Virus record (IMG/VR): IMGVR_UViG_3300030329_002035
Location: 1-30,331 of that record
DNA from: a virus
Lineage: Duplodnaviria > Caudoviricetes
DNA: 30,331 bases
Strand: one strand, 5' to 3'
Shown: one piece after another, positions 27,215 to 30,331 of the stretch
How the letters are laid out: each line of letters begins with the position of its first letter
Numbering within the stretch: position 1 is the first letter of the stretch
Translations under genes and position numbers: made by a program
The notes under the pieces: model-generated
Databases searched by the model: none
The model's input: only the letters and a program-made list of their open reading frames with translations
What the model was told of the DNA's origin: nothing

Positions 27215-30200
27215 TGTCTAGCCCAACTTTTAATATATCATCAAGGGCAGTTGACCACTGGAAAGACCCAGACAATATTGCTAAATATGAAGAACTTTTA
27301 AACAATCTTCCTACATTAGAAGATTATGAAAAAATGCCAGTTCAAGAACAAACTAAATTATTTGAATTGTATACAAATGCAATTGACTATAGAACAAAAA
27401 CAGACCCAGAATTTAAATTATGGATGGAAGATTTTGATCCTTCATATGCTACTGATGAAAAAGATGATGATTTAAAAAATGAATTTACATTTAAAGACGA
27501 GGTAAATAAATATCTAACAGATTCCAAGACTGAATATAATTTAAAATATGGCAAGGATGGTATTAAATTTGATGGTGTACCCGGATTAAAATTTGAAACA
27601 GAATATCAAGATAATACATCTGTAGATTTAATTAGTAATTCAGAATCACTAAACTACACCTATCAAATCCAAGAGGATGGCTCAATAAAAAAAGTATATA
27701 AAGACGAAGATGGAGGCCTCCTTGAAAACGAGTGGAAAAATCTAAACTTACCGGGTGTTCTTGAAAGAGATTGGGTTAGAGGAGTTCCTAAAACAGTTTT
27801 AGAGATTTTTGAATGGATGACATCTGGATATATTACAGCTCCAGAAGGAACTTTTATAGGAGACCCATTTGGGGATGTCGGTTTATCAGAAGATTTCCAA
27901 TCAGCTCGTGATTACTGGAATAAAACTCATATGGTAAAATGGGGTAGTCATTTTGAAGGAGCTTTTCACGATGAAGCTATTGAAGATTTTTTTAGTATGA
28001 TGAGAAAAAAAGGGATTCCTATATATGAAGAGGATGGGTATGGAATAGAACTTGGTGCAAATTTTACAGTTTTATATCGTAAAAACCCAGAAGAATTAAA
28101 ACAAATTTTAGAAGATTCAAGTATAATATCTGTATTGGAAGATGCTCAAGAATTTGTTATGAAAAATCCTATTACTGTTGATAGTTGGGAAGACATCAAG
28201 CCTACTTATATAAATACAATTGTAGGAGCTATTCCAGATTTAGCAATACAGATTGGAGCATCATACTCGAATCCAGTATATGGAATGATGTATGCTGGTA
28301 TGATTACTGGATCAGATTCTTATCAAACAGCAAAGCCTTATATAGAAAAGGGAAATTTAACCGTAAATGAAGCTCACGAACTTTCTGTGTTGGTAGCATC
28401 AGCAAGTTTGCTATGGAATTATGGGCCAAGCAAATTATACAGTAATGCCTTTAAGCAATCAGCTAAAGATGAGTTTGAAAAAAGATTATTTGATAAAATA
28501 TTTCAAAAAGGGTTGCATAAAAAAATCAGTATGGAAACTTTAAAAAGTGGTCTTGTAGAGGCGATTCAAGAGACTGGAGATGAAGTTACCAATTTGTATG
28601 CAGAATCTACTTATAGAGATGACTTGACTTGGGCCGAAGGTGAACAGAGAATTAAATTGTCTGCTGTTTCTGGTTTTGTTTTGGGTTCTGGTGCTAATAT
28701 AACATTGAATCATTTAAATCAAAAACAAAAAACGGCATATTATAAAGAGTTAGTCGAAACAGAAAAGTTTTTGTTACCTAAAAATTTATCTATTGATGAC
28801 AATGGTATATTAACAGTTGATTTAGATAAAAATAATTTTGAATCAGATGAACAATATGAGCAAGTTAAAACTAGGTATGACAGCATTGTTAAAAATATAG
28901 ATATAGAAAAGTTAAGGAAAGAATATCCCAACACACCTTTAAACTTACTAGTATTTAATCATTTATTTAATAATAATCCTTTATTTGAAAATGATGATAT
29001 AGAATATGATGCACCACTGATAACACAGATAATGACAGCTGAACAACTTATAAGGGCAAATTATGACCCAGATAATTTAAAATGGAAAAAAGTAGAAATA
29101 AAAGAGGGGGATGAAAATTATGTCGAAGGAGAAAGAAGGTTCAAAGTATGGACACTCGGGTCGAACATATATGATGATACCGGAGGGAGAATCATACTCA
29201 CTGAAGGAGCAACTCAAGATGTCTTTGTTGAAGAGATGGTCGAACTCACATATAAACGGCTTGAAACAGAAAATCCGGAACTTAAACAGCGAATAGATAG
29301 ATGGATTTCTCAAACCGAGAAAATTTTAAATGGCAAAGGGCCAACTGGTATAGAGCTGTTTTCAAAATTCTATACATTTAATTATTTAGGATATGCTGAT
29401 ACAGAGTTTGATTTAGGTGAAATAACGATGATGCCTAAAGATATACTAGATGGTATGGATAATATAATAGGTCAACAATCAGATGGATCAAACCTATCAT
29501 TTTTATTTAATGGGGATATAGAAAAAACTCTAAAACTAAATGTAGACGAACAAGTAGATGAAACTGTAGAGCCTATAGAAGAAACTACAGAAGAAATTGT
29601 AGAACCTATAGAAGAGGTTATAGAAGAACCTATAGAAACTAAAGATGTTGAAGAAGGTGAAACTTTTAGACTTACACCACAACAAGAAGAGTTCTTTAAG
29701 GATTCTAAAGTAAGAGATGATAATGGTGAATTAATAAAAGTATATCACGGAACAACAGAAGATTTTGATAATTTTGATAGGGGTGGTTGGTTTGCAATAT
29801 CTCCAGAAATTTCAAATATATATACTCGTTTCGACATAGAAGGTGAATCAGATTTATTAAAACCAAAAAGTTTCCCAGCATATATTAACCTTAAAAACCC
29901 TCTTAATTTTAATGAAGCCTTTGATGATGGAAGCAATTTTACAACTTGGGAGGAGTTTTCAGATTTTCTTGAAAGCAAAACTGGGGAAAAACCTCCAAAA
30001 CCATCAGAAGCCGAGTATATAGATGAAAATAGTGCATTGTGGGAATATACAAATTTAATAACAGATTTTCGAAGTGGTTATCCACCATTAAGAGATTGGA
30101 TTATGAGTTTTGGTTATGATGGGTTAGTAATGAATGAAGGTGATAAAACTTATTATGCATTTAAACCAGAACAAGTTAAATCTCAATTCAATCCAGAGCC

Positions 30201-30331
30201 TACAAGTGACCCAAGAATGTCATTTAGACTTACACCACAACAAGAAGAGTTCTTTAAAGACTCTAAAGTAAGAGATTCTGGTGGAAATCCATATGCAGAA
30301 ATGTTAGGTTTAGAAAAAAATTATCTATTAA
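27214..30331 (+). CDS. N-terminal part of giant ejection / polyvalent protein (3'-truncated) with ADP-ribosyltransferase-like domain
   Basis: Missing from the ORF track because it has no stop. TAATG start MSSPTFNISS..., read open to the window end. Contains VYHGT..DFDNF..GGWF..SP...PAYINLKNP...GYDG...YYAFKPEQVKS. Confidence 0.8.
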   Translation, partial: MSSPTFNISSRAVDHWKDPDNIAKYEELLNNLPTLEDYEKMPVQEQTKLFELYTNAIDYRTKTDPEFKLWMEDFDPSYATDEKDDDLKNEFTFKDEVNKYLTDSKTEYNLKYGKDGIKFDGVPGLKFETEYQDNTSVDLISNSESLNYTYQIQEDGSIKKVYKDEDGGLLENEWKNLNLPGVLERDWVRGVPKTVLEIFEWMTSGYITAPEGTFIGDPFGDVGLSEDFQSARDYWNKTHMVKWGSHFEGAFHDEAIEDFFSMMRKKGIPIYEEDGYGIELGANFTVLYRKNPEELKQILEDSSIISVLEDAQEFVMKNPITVDSWEDIKPTYINTIVGAIPDLAIQIGASYSNPVYGMMYAGMITGSDSYQTAKPYIEKGNLTVNEAHELSVLVASASLLWNYGPSKLYSNAFKQSAKDEFEKRLFDKIFQKGLHKKISMETLKSGLVEAIQETGDEVTNLYAESTYRDDLTWAEGEQRIKLSAVSGFVLGSGANITLNHLNQKQKTAYYKELVETEKFLLPKNLSIDDNGILTVDLDKNNFESDEQYEQVKTRYDSIVKNIDIEKLRKEYPNTPLNLLVFNHLFNNNPLFENDDIEYDAPLITQIMTAEQLIRANYDPDNLKWKKVEIKEGDENYVEGERRFKVWTLGSNIYDDTGGRIILTEGATQDVFVEEMVELTYKRLETENPELKQRIDRWISQTEKILNGKGPTGIELFSKFYTFNYLGYADTEFDLGEITMMPKDILDGMDNIIGQQSDGSNLSFLFNGDIEKTLKLNVDEQVDETVEPIEETTEEIVEPIEEVIEEPIETKDVEEGETFRLTPQQEEFFKDSKVRDDNGELIKVYHGTTEDFDNFDRGGWFAISPEISNIYTRFDIEGESDLLKPKSFPAYINLKNPLNFNEAFDDGSNFTTWEEFSDFLESKTGEKPPKPSEAEYIDENSALWEYTNLITDFRSGYPPLRDWIMSFGYDGLVMNEGDKTYYAFKPEQVKSQFNPEPTSDPRMSFRLTPQQEEFFKDSKVRDSGGNPYAEMLGLEKNYLL
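29665..30276 (+). repeat. 54-nt in-frame direct repeat pair
   Basis: 29665-29718 and 30223-30276, 52/54 identical, both encoding FRLTPQQEEFFKDSKVRD. Confidence 0.92.

Noticed and set aside
1344-27460. Other CTGATGA words (near 1344, 9300, 18098, 27452) as hammerheads
   Set aside because: They lie inside CDS as ordinary Asp-Glu/Asp codons, with no flanking stems seen.
29560-29640. VEPIEE-type repeats
   Set aside because: Degenerate acidic low-complexity linker preceding the ART module.
1518-29978. Numerous short antisense or alternate-frame ORFs in the track (e.g. 1518-1727, 8828-9187, 15736-16182, 17528-17722, 28185-28370, 29077-29313)
   Set aside because: Shadows of longer, motif-bearing genes, with no RBS or recognisable motifs.
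1-30331. Alternative genetic code or diversity-generating retroelement
   Set aside because: Genes tile densely under the standard code with all three stops used. There is no reverse transcriptase, and the 54-nt repeat differences are not adenine-specific.

Overview
AT-rich, apparently near-complete genome of a tailed dsDNA phage with a podovirus-like (P22/T7-style) virion module. The window is opened inside a giant ejection/'polyvalent' protein gene: an ORF runs off the right end (27214..>30331) and another is already open at base 1 (<1..2667). Gene order: giant protein C-terminal part, lysis genes, a lone leftward gene, a recombination/replication block (Sak-like annealase, PD-(D/E)xK exonuclease, initiator with internal iteron-like origin, SpoVG-like, NinG-like, small Zn-finger ORFs), a leftward early cluster (9722-12393), then TerS, TerL, portal, scaffold, capsid, adaptor, nozzle, a second adaptor-like gene and ejection proteins. 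I recognised no integrase, DNA polymerase, tRNA, CRISPR array or stand-alone tail fibre. Most notable: (1) a complete type II hammerhead ribozyme with a pseudoknot fills the 10453-10530 intergenic space of the leftward operon; (2) three identical in-frame 19-nt repeats (VQNDEP) punctuate modular early proteins in the same operon; (3) an ADP-ribosyltransferase-like domain in the giant protein is bracketed by 54-nt direct repeats; (4) CATG and CCTG/CAGG appear to be avoided genome-wide; (5) a SpoVG-fold protein carries an SSB-type tail. All family calls are by-eye motif recognition; no searches were run.
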